From Balanoglossus misakiensis (taxonomy: Eukaryota > Animalia > Hemichordata): 64,000 bases of DNA. This document shows, in pieces, positions 14,231 to 27,162 of the stretch. The stretch covers positions 14,077,129 through 14,141,128 of the forward strand of contig CM082576.2 in the NCBI GenBank assembly GCA_040954595.2. The letters are read 5' to 3'. The position numbers and the translations under genes were made by a program. The stretch's first letter is position 1, and the number at the start of each line of letters is the position of its first letter. Below the pieces are notes generated by a model. That model searched no databases and had not been told where the DNA came from. It worked only from the letters and a program-made list of their open reading frames with translations.

Positions 14231-17200
14231 GAAAATCATTTTCCACAAGTTTTATCTTCCTTGACAATTTAATGGTTGATACACTAGAGCACCAGAAATC
14301 GACTGAAGTAGGACACATCGGATTTTTAAGAGTGCTGTCTTTGAAGAATAAGTTTGCAAAACATGCTTACACTGTATAAGTTCTATTAAACTTAATACCA
14401 TAATACATCATGACTGAGGTTAAGTGGCAACTGCCAATGAATTGAAACAAACATTCTACTTGAGACGATTGTCTGAAAAGTAGAGTCCCAGAATATGCCA
14501 TCATATACAAAACAGTCAATGTTTACAGTGCTCTTTTTTTAAAACTCTGATCCTAACATAGGAATTGGATCTAGATACTGTCTCTGTTCACATCACAACA
14601 CTGCCACTAGGCACTCACAGTATCACAGCTGTTAAAGCCCTCTTAACTGTAATCAGATTCCACGATGGCATTTTTTCTGTAAGTGTAGACGCAAACACTA
14701 CCCATGGCTTATTTTAGCTTTGACTTTCCAGGGGTTAATTATGGTCAAGGACAGCCAGGGTACAGTCACACGTCATCTTTCGGCTAGCTCTTGGTTTGTC
14801 ACGGAAAAGATGCCAACCACCTTCTAGGATAACTCCCATTTATTTTAAAGGTTCTAAGACAGGTTTATCAAGGACACTGAGATGTTGAATTTTTTTTTTA
14901 GAATTTTGTATACCTGGATTCACGTCCCCGATGTGTACCTCTATGTGAAAAAAGGCATCCTCACATCCTGAAGTTTTTTTTACACATCACGTCCAGCCTG
15001 GTTGCCCAAATAAGGTCTTAGGACATATGCATGCATTTCTGAACTATCTCCATTCTCATTGCTATGTGCGTTGCTATCTGTTAATTTTCCATTTGAAAAC
15101 AAATAAACATGACACTCAAAGGCAGCGATAAGTTTAATCATTTTTTGTTCAAAACTAGTTTGAAACACTTGCCCAGCGGATGATCCCTCATTATTTTGTG
15201 GAGAAATTGCATTTTCAACAGTCAGAGAACAAAAGTCTGTCGGTCACAAAGTTGAAACGTCTACAGAACCAGTTTCTCTAGAATAAATAAATCAGATGTC
15301 ATTATGTACATCAATCCATGAGGGATTGTGGTCAGTGTTTTTCTGAACGACTGAAGCAAACAGTAATAAATTTCGATGCTGCATGCATACATGTACTTAT
15401 CCTCAAAACCGTCCAGTATATTATGATAGCAACATATTTCGTATTCCATAAGGTACGAGGTAAATCCTTAGCTGCCCAGCCTTTGCACCCTCCCAAAGGT
15501 CTGGCACTTCCACTGTACACTCGGACTGAAACAACACTGAGTATTAGTTTTGTAAAGGTGAATATCAAGTGAAACAAAAATAGCCAAAATAATGTCTCAA
15601 GTTTCCCCTGTACGTGAGGTGCCACTCCAATATGTGGTAGGAGGTATATTTTTTTAATCCAGTTTTTGAAAACCACAAACGGCCTCCCATCACAACCAAC
15701 ATAGTAGAATAACATTTTGATTTCATATCTGATACGCCATGTCTGAGATGATGTCACAGGAAATAACACCGCCAACTTAACGTTTCCTGCTTTAGAGTCA
15801 CCTTAAAAACCACTTCAAATGACTGAATTCAAAAAAAATGCCTTCAGTGATAACTGCTCGCCTTGTTGCACACTGAACGGGCCATGAAATCAAAGAAAAC
15901 ATCGGATGTACACTGGACTCGTGGTTTTTTTGCCAGGAAAAAACTGACATGTCGGGCCACCCCGGTTGTCAAGACGTCACAGCAGTACATTCAATGATTC
16001 TTACAACTGATGAAGGAGAAAGATTCAGAAGAAGCCAACAGCTGCAAGTGCCATCAACAGTTTCAAACCAATCCGAAGATGCAGGGGCAACAGCCGGGAA
16101 GTGCGATGCGACACGATTCTGCTCAAAATTTCCCTAAGTAGCGTGACAGAGAACAGAAATCTTTGTGTTATCCGTCAATCAGATCCCCCCGCACGTCACT
16201 CGTAGAAAACACAGAGACACTTGATGCAGACATGAATTAGTCTTGGAATTTCTCGTAGTTGGATAGGTGTGGCTATTGTTCTGTTTACACAGGCAATCAG
16301 TGTGGGTAATATAATCTGAATAGCGGTTTGATTCACTCTTGCCGCTGCACTGTCAATCGTCGCGCACCGAGCAGATTTGTGGCATCACTGCCCGATTCAA
16401 ACCCACTGAACACAATGAACACAGCTGAATGAAAATTACTGAAATGGCAAAGTGTATGAAATCAGTAAGAATGCCAACTAACGATACATGTATATGGACT
16501 CAGACGACCTTTCACGAAGTAGGTTTTCATCATCTGGGTTTGTGCCACTAATGGCAAGGCAGAAATATCTGACATTTGCTCAAGTCAATATTTGTACTTG
16601 AAGCTTTGACCAGTTTTACTTGAACATCAAAGCAATAACCTATAACCATTCGACAGGAATACAAAAAGACACCTTATTGGCAACAGATAAATTACAGTAA
16701 ATGTGAAGTACATGACTTGCACACTGTACCTCTTGCAATTTTTTTCACAAATACATTCTTTCATATCATAAAACCACCTGGCAAAACTCGCTCAACACAT
16801 TAACCAACTTGTATTTTGCACCAAATATATTAAAAGCTTGTTTCTTTCAAATGACTGTTGCTGAACCCCACTGGTTCGGGGGGAGATCTCATCTGCAGCA
16901 GCAAACCCTGGCCCCAGTGCCAATCAATACTCGACGACATCCAATAGCCACGCCAACACGGTGAGTTATGGTCGATCTCAACCCGGCTTGTTACGGCATC
17001 TCATCATCTCTGGCTGAGGCAAACATGTTTGTAACATACACCGGTGGAATTCATGAAATATGCATCACTATTTCTATACAAGCCATCAACCACTGTCTAA
17101 ACATCTCCAATCATCAGTAATTCCACACAACTCGCCAAGATCAGGTTTAGCTATTTGTTTTGTAATATCCCTTTTCTCTCTTTCCATCATTTCAAATTGA

Positions 17201-18485
17201 TTCACTATTCTACCAGTTCTCTGCCGAACAGCTCTAACGCTTTTCACAAAGAAGTCTTTCAATTAAATAATCAGTTAGATTAAACTGTCAATATTTATGA
17301 ACAGGAAAATGGTGCATGATCGACTGGATAATACAATATGCTTTTGTAATGCAGAGGTGTAATTTTTCGTGAGTTGAGGAAAACTGCAATTTCTCAAGGA
17401 AATGGAATATCAAAGTGAAAACATCATTGTCTTGTCTTTTCCCGCATCACACCACAGGATTCCGGGAATTGTGACAAACATGTTTCGTGCCCGATTACAT
17501 TATTCTGGAAAATGGAAATGAAGCAGTAATTGTTATCGGAATGCATGTGATGTGCGCGCCTCGAGTCCATTGGTACATGACTCGTAATATAATTAATGAC
17601 TTTTCCAAATTCGATTACAAACAATGGACATCATTAACCCGTAAGAGAAGCAGGAAAGAAAAGGGCACAGGAGTGCCATTGATTTGCCCATTTTATTCGT
17701 ATTAGTCTGAGTAGCCCGATCCTTTATCGGTCCACGCATCAATCCATCAATCTACCATCAGCCCCGACAGTGGGTGTGGACGGTAATGTTGCCGACGACG
17801 CGCCACACCCAACAACAGCGACCAATATCATTGCCTGGATCCTATTTCTGAAAATTTACCGTATAAAACATTCGCCTTAACAAGGCGTAGGATTACACAA
17901 GTCAATGCTACATTTTACCTGCATCATCATCATCATCATGAAGGTTGCTATGGCTACATGTAATGCAGATGATGATCTATGTTCGTATCTCTGCCGTCTA
18001 GTTGCAAGTCGGAAAGGCCACGGAGATCATTAGCTGCCATCCATTTGATGACGTCTGCATTTTTGTTCACGGAAATTCTGCTGGTCTATACATGTATGAC
18101 ACACTGGTACATCAAAGATGACAACATTTGCTTAAATACCTCTGAAGTATGTGAGCAATATCTAAGCTCTATCGAAATTTGTCATTTCGACAGAAGCCAT
18201 CATAAATAATTATGATCACCAAATGCACTTCATTCCAAACTTTTAATTACACTGTATACATGTACAGCTGTCAACCACATGGAAGTTTTTCCCCTTGACC
18301 ACGTAGGAGGTAAAGGCCACCGAAATTTGCGCCCTTCTCAGCGTCCTGATTTGTTCGCACGGGGTCAGGGGTCAAATACTGTGAATCACTTACAAGTGAT
18401 AAATGTAATCAAGATGAAAGAAAAACCTTTCTTGATTTCCCAAGACTTGAAATCAGGTTTCATCCCCACAAAGACAAGAACTTAC

Positions 18486-18501
18486 ACTTTTTTGTAGAAG
18501 G
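18486..18501 (-). other. Candidate 16-nt neurexin microexon (frame-shifting as sequenced)
   Basis: ttttttttctttcaattttttatgcag|CCTTCTACAAAAAAGT|gtaagt; good splice signals but length not divisible by 3. Confidence 0.3.
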
Positions 18502-21500
18502 CTGCATAAAAAATTGAAAGAAAAAAAATGTCGCTGCTATAATTCCAGACGGGAGAATGACCTCGACTTCACGTCAGATTATTTTGCCTGCTGCCACCAA
18601 GGCTGGCATATCCAGCACTTGTACAGAGGACATCTAAATGCCATCCTGTTTATCAGCCCTTATGGTACATGTAACAGTATCCTCACTTCAACAGTAACTC
18701 AAAACTAACAACAAACTTTTAGCCCCGGGTCTGGGCGCCAAATATTTACACCATTTGTCAATCAATATTTCATGGGCCTCTTGCCCTCCCGGTTTCATCC
18801 AAAGCCTCATCTTTCCTCCAGACAGAGAGGAATCCTTCGTGGTTATCCAAGCAGATCGCCAGCAACATCAAGGGGTCTCCGAGGCACCTCTTTAAATCAA
18901 AATCTGAAACCCTAACCCCGTATCCTCACAGTGTCTTAATGGGTTTTCGTATAAAAAAAAAAAAAACGGGAAATGGTTTAAATGATCAAATTCTGGTCAT
19001 TACACATAGGGGAAATTCTAAAATCTTATCTGTGCGATGAAGAGAGCTTGATAATGACGTGTTTCTATGGCAACTGGAGTCAGAAGGCTAAATACCTGAA
19101 TGAAATGTGAACTTTTCTAAATGTTCCTAACTGAATTTGAGGACAAAGTCATTTAGGCACTAAACTGGAAAATTTGAAATTTGTAATTGTATTTCACCAT
19201 CACTAATGAGAGGAACAGTAGTGATTACGAAGAGCCTACAAAAAGCCAACCTAAGAATGGATGTAATTAGCGATGCATTTGTGAATTGAACGATGATGAT
19301 GCGTTATACAGTTGATGAAACGCGTTTAATTCAAGGCAACACCGCGTGGAATCCAGTCACAAAATCTGATTCAACCAGAGAAATCCTGGATGAATTGTAA
19401 ATCAGGAACCTTCATATATGAGTGGTTCTCTCAACTTTTATCGATGTCACTTTCAATCGGGCATGATCTGGTGGTAATCATGAATTGAGCTGAGCATTAC
19501 AGGTACGTCAACATTAATGTTGACATTGTCGTCATAAATAAATTACTGGCGGAATATTATCGAATCAGTGACGCCACTAATAACCAAGGCCATGAATCAC
19601 GACACCCAGCCAATCAGATCTGAAACGGCACAAAACACCTCTTCGTAGTGTCCTGACTTCCGACCTTTTCAAAATCAACATCTTTGTAGTAATTCACTGG
19701 GTTTCATTATCAAAAGCACCCAAAACGTTGAACGAGAATGGGGAGGTTTATAAATCTGGGACAAAGACATGCATATGATGGTTCATGAATGAACAATTGT
19801 CAGAGTATTAAGGTCTGTTTCACTTTATAAATATCACCCACAAAATCGGTTTTGGGGTTTAGTTAATGTAGAAGCTGAATGAGACGATTACGCCTGTCAT
19901 TCACACACGAAAACATGTGTTCACCTAGTACATGACTGCGATGTGTCAACTACAGTAGTGAGATTCAGGCAAAGAATGGACGCAGCGCTGGGAGGCCTGG
20001 GGGAAATCTACACCCTGAAGCGCTGCAAACCACACGGATGAACTCTAGACTGCGATATTTTTTTTTCTGTCCGTCATCAATGCAGACTCTACCAGATCTA
20101 GAAGTCAGACATTTTTATGAGCAAGGCCGGGCAAATCTAAGGCTACGACGGTGGAAATATCTGAAACGTGACAAATGACGCATACCTCAACCGGCGCACA
20201 GACAGGTCCATTCATTTACAAACGCGGAAAGATAAACACGGAGATGACTGCAACTCCAAAGTACAAAGTAAAACCGATAAATCTCCAAACAATCGACCTA
20301 CAATCACACACGCCCTAACATTAAGCTATGTATACATATATCTGTGTACCAGCCCCACTTTATGAAATGTTAAGTCCAGTCAAAATATACTCGGTCTACA
20401 ATAATTTTGCAAGAACTTAAAGAAGTCTAACATTCACACAGTGCTCATATTGTATCAGTAATCAACCATAGCTTTGTAAAATCAATGGATTTATCAGACA
20501 ACCTTCTGGGCTCAGAAACAAGCTCATTATCATGATCAGTTTACCAAAATTCTCATAAAAATGTTTATTATTAATTTAGATAATCTTTTTTTCTAAATAT
20601 TAATGTTCGTGAGACAGTTAAGCTACGGATAATAACTGAAACACACAAGCCAGTTTCAGTTGTTGACTGCTAAGTGTATAGAGGTTGCCTGCTTACATGC
20701 AAGCTACAGCTAAAGACAATCTTGGCAACCAAGCAACCATGCATATACATCACCTCTAAACTTGGTCATGCATTTCTAGAATACTATCAGCATTATCAAC
20801 CCATCCCTCTAATTAATCTCAATTCTAAATCTAGTTTCTATGTCAATTGTGAGAGATTGCACTTCCAACAAGCAATGATTTTGACATTATTGCTCTTCAA
20901 ATCGGACATTATGACTCTCGAGAAACCAACTCCCAGATTGTTGGTAGGTACAGGAGCATACACTGTTGACTGGTTTGTTTTTGCCGTTGTTGCTACGCAT
21001 GTTCGTGTACGTGTCTCTCTCAGGCTACAAAGTTCAAATTCACACAGCCTCACAGTGTCCAGATCTTACTCTGTTGTGATTTCTGCTCCGAAAATATTCA
21101 GTCAGAAATCACATCAGGGGTAAGGAAATCTACTAGCCTGAGCTCAGCAATTTTTATAACCAGATTATTTTTTTCTCTCTGACCAGCCCAACAGACCAGC
21201 ATGGCATTGGGCATTAACACTGACATTGAACTTGCGGACTACATGATGGGGTTTTGTCGCTACTACATGTATAAGTAGCTCAGGGGGAGGGTGCAAATGG
21301 ACCTGAATAGGATTTGCTCACCCCTGTACATTAATAAATCTAATCCAAGATTATGCCTTTTTGTGTCACTCTGTACATAGTGATCACATCCTGTGTCTGG
21401 CCTTGTAATCCTAGATACAGGACTTACCGACTCGACTCGTACAGGCAAATCTGTACAATTACATGTACACTAAAGGTTTTTAAAATATTGTACATATTAT

Positions 21501-21989
21501 AAATCACAAATTTATTGACACACTATAAACACATGAGACAAACATAAGACAGATTTTAAAAGTGACAAAACGTGCAAAAATTAAAACACCGTAACAGGAC
21601 AAACACAGAATTTGTGAAATAAACGTGAATAGAATCCCTTATTTATCAAATCGACAAACCCCATAAAAATCGTACTTCGGTAACTCTGCAAGTAACGCTT
21701 TCACACATTCCCGTACTCAAACGTAGTAGTGCAGCCATTTAAAAACATAGAGATTTGACTATTTACTGACGAACCTTACATGTACACCCACCACTATTTG
21801 CTGTTAAAAAGCTTCCGTGAGATATCTTTATGGACAATCTAACATTACATTAGCCATAAGTGCTTAAAATCTCAGTGTATCTTTAATTTTATAGTGAATG
21901 TTACAGGAGATTGATCTAATATGTTATTTACGCATAGACGAAGTCTATGATTTATTATTAAAGCATCTGGTGCTAGAGCAGCGACCTAC

Positions 21990-22010
21990 CTTCATCTTCA
22001 ACCGAAGCAG
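21990..22010 (-). CDS. NRXN: Candidate 21-nt neurexin SS#1-position microexon (AASVEDE)
   Basis: Long pyrimidine tract (tttttttcccttttcccctctttttt) then ...caatctttag|CTGCTTCGGTTGAAGATGAAG|gtaggt; phase 1-1, no stop. Confidence 0.75.
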
Positions 22011-24693
22011 CTAAAGATTGAAATGTTGAATGGGAATGTATTCAAAAAAGAGGGGAAAAGGGAAAAAAATGGCAGCATGTCAGTACCTAGGTAGCATGAT
22101 GAATGTTAGTAGCCGCAAATTGATCTGCATGTGGCTATGTGGGGTGTGTACGAAAAGCCTTGCCAATGCCAGTAGGCAACAAAGAAAGCCAGTTCCAGTA
22201 TAATTCAGGTTTAACTGACTGATCACCAATAAAATAATTCCCAACCGCTTGTTGCTGTTCTTTTCCAACCACAGTTGATTTCTCTCAAATACCAACAAAA
22301 TTTAAATCTTTCACGAGTATAATTAAAGGAAAAGATTATCATGATCCGAGTCAAAGTACACATAGCATTCAGTGATTTTCATCAACTGATCCTCGTGGTC
22401 CGAGGGAATTCCTACGAAAATGGAGATTTATTCTCATCAGGTATCTTTTTTTCTCCCAGACCAATCACATGAGAGAGGAATCAAGGTTGAATAAAACAGC
22501 AACAAGAACAGGATAATCGCAGTGCTATTTGTCAAAGTGTACTGACAAAACAGAACATTACCAGGGATTATGAATTTCCTAACGATATAAATCTGAAACG
22601 ACTTTGGTGTCAGTGTCACGTACATTTGCATCTCATCATACGGTCATTATTACTTGGCCAAAGATAGATAAAATTCAACCGTATATTGCACTGAATGTTG
22701 ATTGATGGTAAAAAAAATTTAAAATTAATAAAATTCCACATCTTTGTGTTTCAACGAAATTTCACACCCAAACTCTGGTCTGTCACAGCACGGACATGAA
22801 AATTCAGACGAGTGGCGACTTGAGCTGCCCATGGGAAATGAGTTCATTTATTGACAAGCGTAACTGTAATTTCTAAATTGATTGCGAGCGCCGCTGTTAT
22901 TGCGTATATCTGCTCGGGAAAACCCACCCTTCTTTTGTCTTGTTAGAATGATCATTATGCTGTTTTAATGGTGAATGATGATATGAGAGCAGTGAGCAAT
23001 AGAGGGCTTTCAAAGCGGCAAATGTAAAAGGCCAATTTGTTGTGTCAGCGATATTGATGTAATCCTTCTGAGAGACAATAATTGACAACTGCTATCTACT
23101 TGGGTGACATTTGGGATTAAATCCATGCTGCTATTTTTAACACTGGATTCAAAATACAGCTGGATGGAATGAAACGTCCAAAGACAAAAACAAACACATG
23201 CAAATTGTCACTGAAACCAAGTCATTCGCATCGAAGACTTGGAAAATACGCTAGGTAAACAAAGATATTTGCTAAGTTAATAAAACGAACAAATATGAAT
23301 GGTTTTGAAATAAAGGTGATTTTAGTCAAACATACAACAATACAGTCGGAGTAGTGATGTTTATCTGTGGATGTGACTGCCATTACGTTGGTGTATAAAA
23401 CATAAAATATGTACATAAATTTATCGGTGTGAAACTTGAATTTCAAAAGAAAATATGCTAGGACTACATGATCTATACGATTGACTGATGATGCTTTCAG
23501 AGCTAAGGATGTGAGCATGTGCAAAAGCTGTGTCTGTTAGGTCGAATGTGGGGATGGAGTTGGTGGGATGTACAAATATATCCCTGGGGAGGAGAAATCA
23601 TGCTCAAGGAAATATCAATCAAATACTAATTTAGCCACACACTAGGGGACAATTACTCACTGATATATACTGGATTACATTGATGTTGAACTTGCTTTTT
23701 ATCGGTGGTACTTTCAATGAGATGACTAATGATTCTGTACACTTTTTTTTTTTCTTTTGTGGACTGCCCTCGCTTTGTGTTGCTTCATTGATTTGTAGAA
23801 GCGTTAGGTTGTGCATTTTAATCTAGCAATTTAGAATGCAACTGCGATCCCAGTTCTTTCCACGGAACGCAACTAAAACACAGAATGGACGGACGGACGG
23901 ACGTATCGGAATATACACGGAAACAAAAGACATCTTTGTGACCGAAATTTCTACGGTCTTGTTTTGACCCCACAGGGAAACATAAACTTTAACTACAGGC
24001 AAGGTTAAGAGGCTTCTTGTTAGCGAGAATACTTCAATCTGAAAACCTCTCCGCAGCAGACGTTTGACAGCTGGATTTTTCACTGCCACACATCTACAAA
24101 CACACATCCCTGACCTGCGCATTCCTCATAAATCTTCCATCCTTTGTATTTGTGAACTCGTCCAAATGTGGCCCAGTGTTTAATATCATTCATTTCTGCA
24201 CTGGCACAGAATTTTAATGACCCAAAGTCTGCGTGCTCTCTCCGTCAACCTTGAGCGGAGTGCTTTCGGAGAGATCAAACTCGCGCATCTTTTTAAGTGG
24301 CCAAGTAGATGCATACTTGAACATGTACACGGACTTTCAAGTCAATCACCCTGTCAAACGCACAGAGCCCCCCGCATCTAAAGTTCAAAGTCAAATTAAA
24401 AACCGAGCTGAATCGACGAGAACTGGTTAATATTCCTCTCTCGATGAACTGCAGGATCGCGTTTGCCCGAGGACTCAATCATTAATGGACGGGATGGATG
24501 GGGGTGTGTCTACGTGTACAGTAGCTTGATTTTTAGAACATGCAATCCTAACACATAGATGTTACACACATACAAGGCATGGATTGAAGGTGTTGTTTTT
24601 TCTACGTGGGAACTGAAGGTTTGACAAGTACAGTAACCGGTGATAATCTGATGTGGTTTTAGACGCCACGCGCGCAGGCACCCATACACCTAC

Positions 24694-24726
24694 CTTCCTC
24701 AGATAGCATTGACGATGATAACAAGG
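24694..24726 (-). CDS. NRXN: Candidate 33-nt neurexin SS#1-position microexon (ALLSSSMLSEE)
   Basis: cttttttctctttttttccattgctaag|CCTTGTTATCATCGTCAATGCTATCTGAGGAAG|gtaggt; phase 1-1, no stop; TGC between pyrimidine tract and AG. Confidence 0.75.
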
Positions 24727-26951
24727 CTTAGCAATGGAAAAAAAGAGAAAAAAGACAACCGTGGCAGGAAAAAAGGTTGTGAGAAAAAAGATGTAGATGA
24801 TAAGTACCTTTACACCCAATTAAGGACAGAGACTGCCAAAATTCAAAAATTTATACACCGAGAGAAAAAAAAGACGGACCGTCAAAAATGATGACGGGTA
24901 AAAATAACATTTGACACAAGACATTAGCATATCAAGACTGACATCATCAGAAAAATGTATGCATGTATATGTATGTAATTATGTATGAACAAGACACAGA
25001 TGATCAGACATAGATCTACACATCCAAACATCAAGATACACAAAAATGGCAAGATACACGTGTAGTGTCAAAAAGATGCACATGTACATTGTGACATCAC
25101 AATAATTCATTAAAAATGTGTTTTAAAAAGTACACAGCTGAAATACAAGAAAAAAGTTAGTCCGTAACACGTCCAGTGATGGATCAAAAAAGATGGTCAA
25201 TATTGATGACTGAAATGGATGTGTTGGATTTGGAACCCTAATGTGATGCCGATTCCGGAATGATAATGGATGGCGTGGAATGTTGCAATGTGAAGAACCC
25301 CTAGCATGAGACGATGAAAAAACGTTGCTATCTGAATGGTATGTGTCAAACTGATTTCAGACATTATTACAGGGTACTGAACAGGAAAAAAATTTCAGCT
25401 TTCTTTTAAGTTTTAAAAATATTTCTGTTTCCGCTTTCTCTGGTTGTAACACAAATACAAACACATCACAGGTACGTAACACCCATGCTTGTACTAAGTC
25501 CCCCCTCCCCTCTTTCAACACTTGACTGAACCCGAATGACCCCTGACTAGCCATGGGGCACACCATTGTATACAAAGATAACACAGATTTATTTCTTCAG
25601 ACTGGAAATTCTTTCATAATGTTGCCACTGCAGTGACCAAATATCTGATAAATTCTGCATTGTCGGTTTATTTTCAGTGAAATTTATTTTGGCCAAGTGT
25701 TGCTTCCCACGTACCTATAGACAGGCTACACAATCAAACATTTGTCTAGTGACCTAAATTCGATTCTTGACTTCTGTTATTTAAACAGTAATTCTCCAAA
25801 CACCAATCTGTGTTTCAAAACTTGTAGGGCTTCAACATGCGCTGCACGCCAAAACTGGCGACTATTATTCTACATTAAACGTGCAAAACAAAACTCACTT
25901 TTTGTGATAAAAGATTAATATAAAATAATCCCATCTGAGAAATCTGATAAACACTTGTGGACACCATATGTTGTCTCATTTAATACCAATTGAACTTTTT
26001 GTGTTAAATTGACTGAAAACAGTGACCTTCCTGTCATAAGAGGCACCAATTCCAATGGTAATTTCTTCCACAGAAGCATAATTTTTTTCCATCAGACCCT
26101 GCAACTTTTCAAATTGTACATTTGTCGTGGCCATCTACTGAAGACCACAACTTTATACGTGTATCACACTTGTTACCAAACAACAGGTCTGACTGGGTCC
26201 CCCTACCAATTGTTTAAACTTCCTCCATAACTACAGCTGCCGTAAAAGGCCCACAATAAATTGCTGTCAAGTTTTGGGACAATTTACAGTAATTGTACTT
26301 TAAACTTTTTACCGATTTAAGCCTGCACTGATTGTAAATCTTTCTAACCTTTGGAGAAAAGATGACAAAGAGGGCAGGGGTTGGGCATGGCTGCACCTCC
26401 CATGACAAACCCAGTGATCAAACAGACCTCGTCGCAAGACAAAGTCGTGACGTGCCCACACGCAATTTGTCGACCGTGCTTGGTCTAGGAGGTGACCACT
26501 TTTTTTTCATCGGAACCCAGCCCCAGCCCTCGATGGGGGGAGACCTACTTATTTAACCTTTGGCAGATATGTGGTCATTTCGGGTTTTAGGTGAAAACGA
26601 GGTCGAAAACGTAACGACGGTGTCTCGTAATTTTCTTGTGATTCATTGTTTACTGTGAATTATCCCAACAAGCGCATATCATGTGTCACAGTAAAGGAAC
26701 ATCTTTACGGGCACCGAGCTCTGATAAAACTTTTAAATTCCCCTTTTATCCCCACAAATATGACAGATCAATTTCATAAATCTGACTGCTCGCAGGAACA
26801 ACTTAAAAGAAGACTGTAATGATGCTAGATAATTTATGATCGCAATCGGAAGGCACTTGGGACTCGTCTTGAAATTTTATGGCTTCTGCCGAAGCTGGCT
26901 GATGAAACATCTGTAGGTCTTACGGCCATTGTCGATGCGCACTGCACCATT

Positions 26952-27162
26952 TACTGTAAAACACTTTATTTTCGCGAGCAATAAATTTTCGCGAAATACG
27001 CGAGAGCCAAAATAGCGTGAAAATAAAAAGTCGCGTAATTTTTTTTTAAGATAACGATGCAGTGAATGAAATAAGAAAACGCAAAAATTAATACTCGCGA
27101 AACAGTGGCCTCTCTCGATATCGCGAAAATTTTGAATCGCGAAAATAAAGTGTTTTACAGTA
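26952..27162. mobile_element. ~210-bp MITE with TA-bounded TIRs (probable TA target duplication)
   Basis: TIR tactgtaaaacactttattttcgcga / tcgcgaaaataaagtgttttacagta; internal repeated ttcgcg/cgcgaa motifs. Confidence 0.9.

Noticed and set aside
15332-21123. Intronic ORFs of 147 aa (15332-15775) and 149 aa (20674-21123)
   Set aside because: Non-ATG starts, no domain motifs, no supporting splice structure; compatible with chance.
21428-21450. Microexon candidate with a strong TCG|gtaagt donor
   Set aside because: 23 nt (frameshift) with no pyrimidine tract; the alternative 42-nt version has an in-frame TAA.
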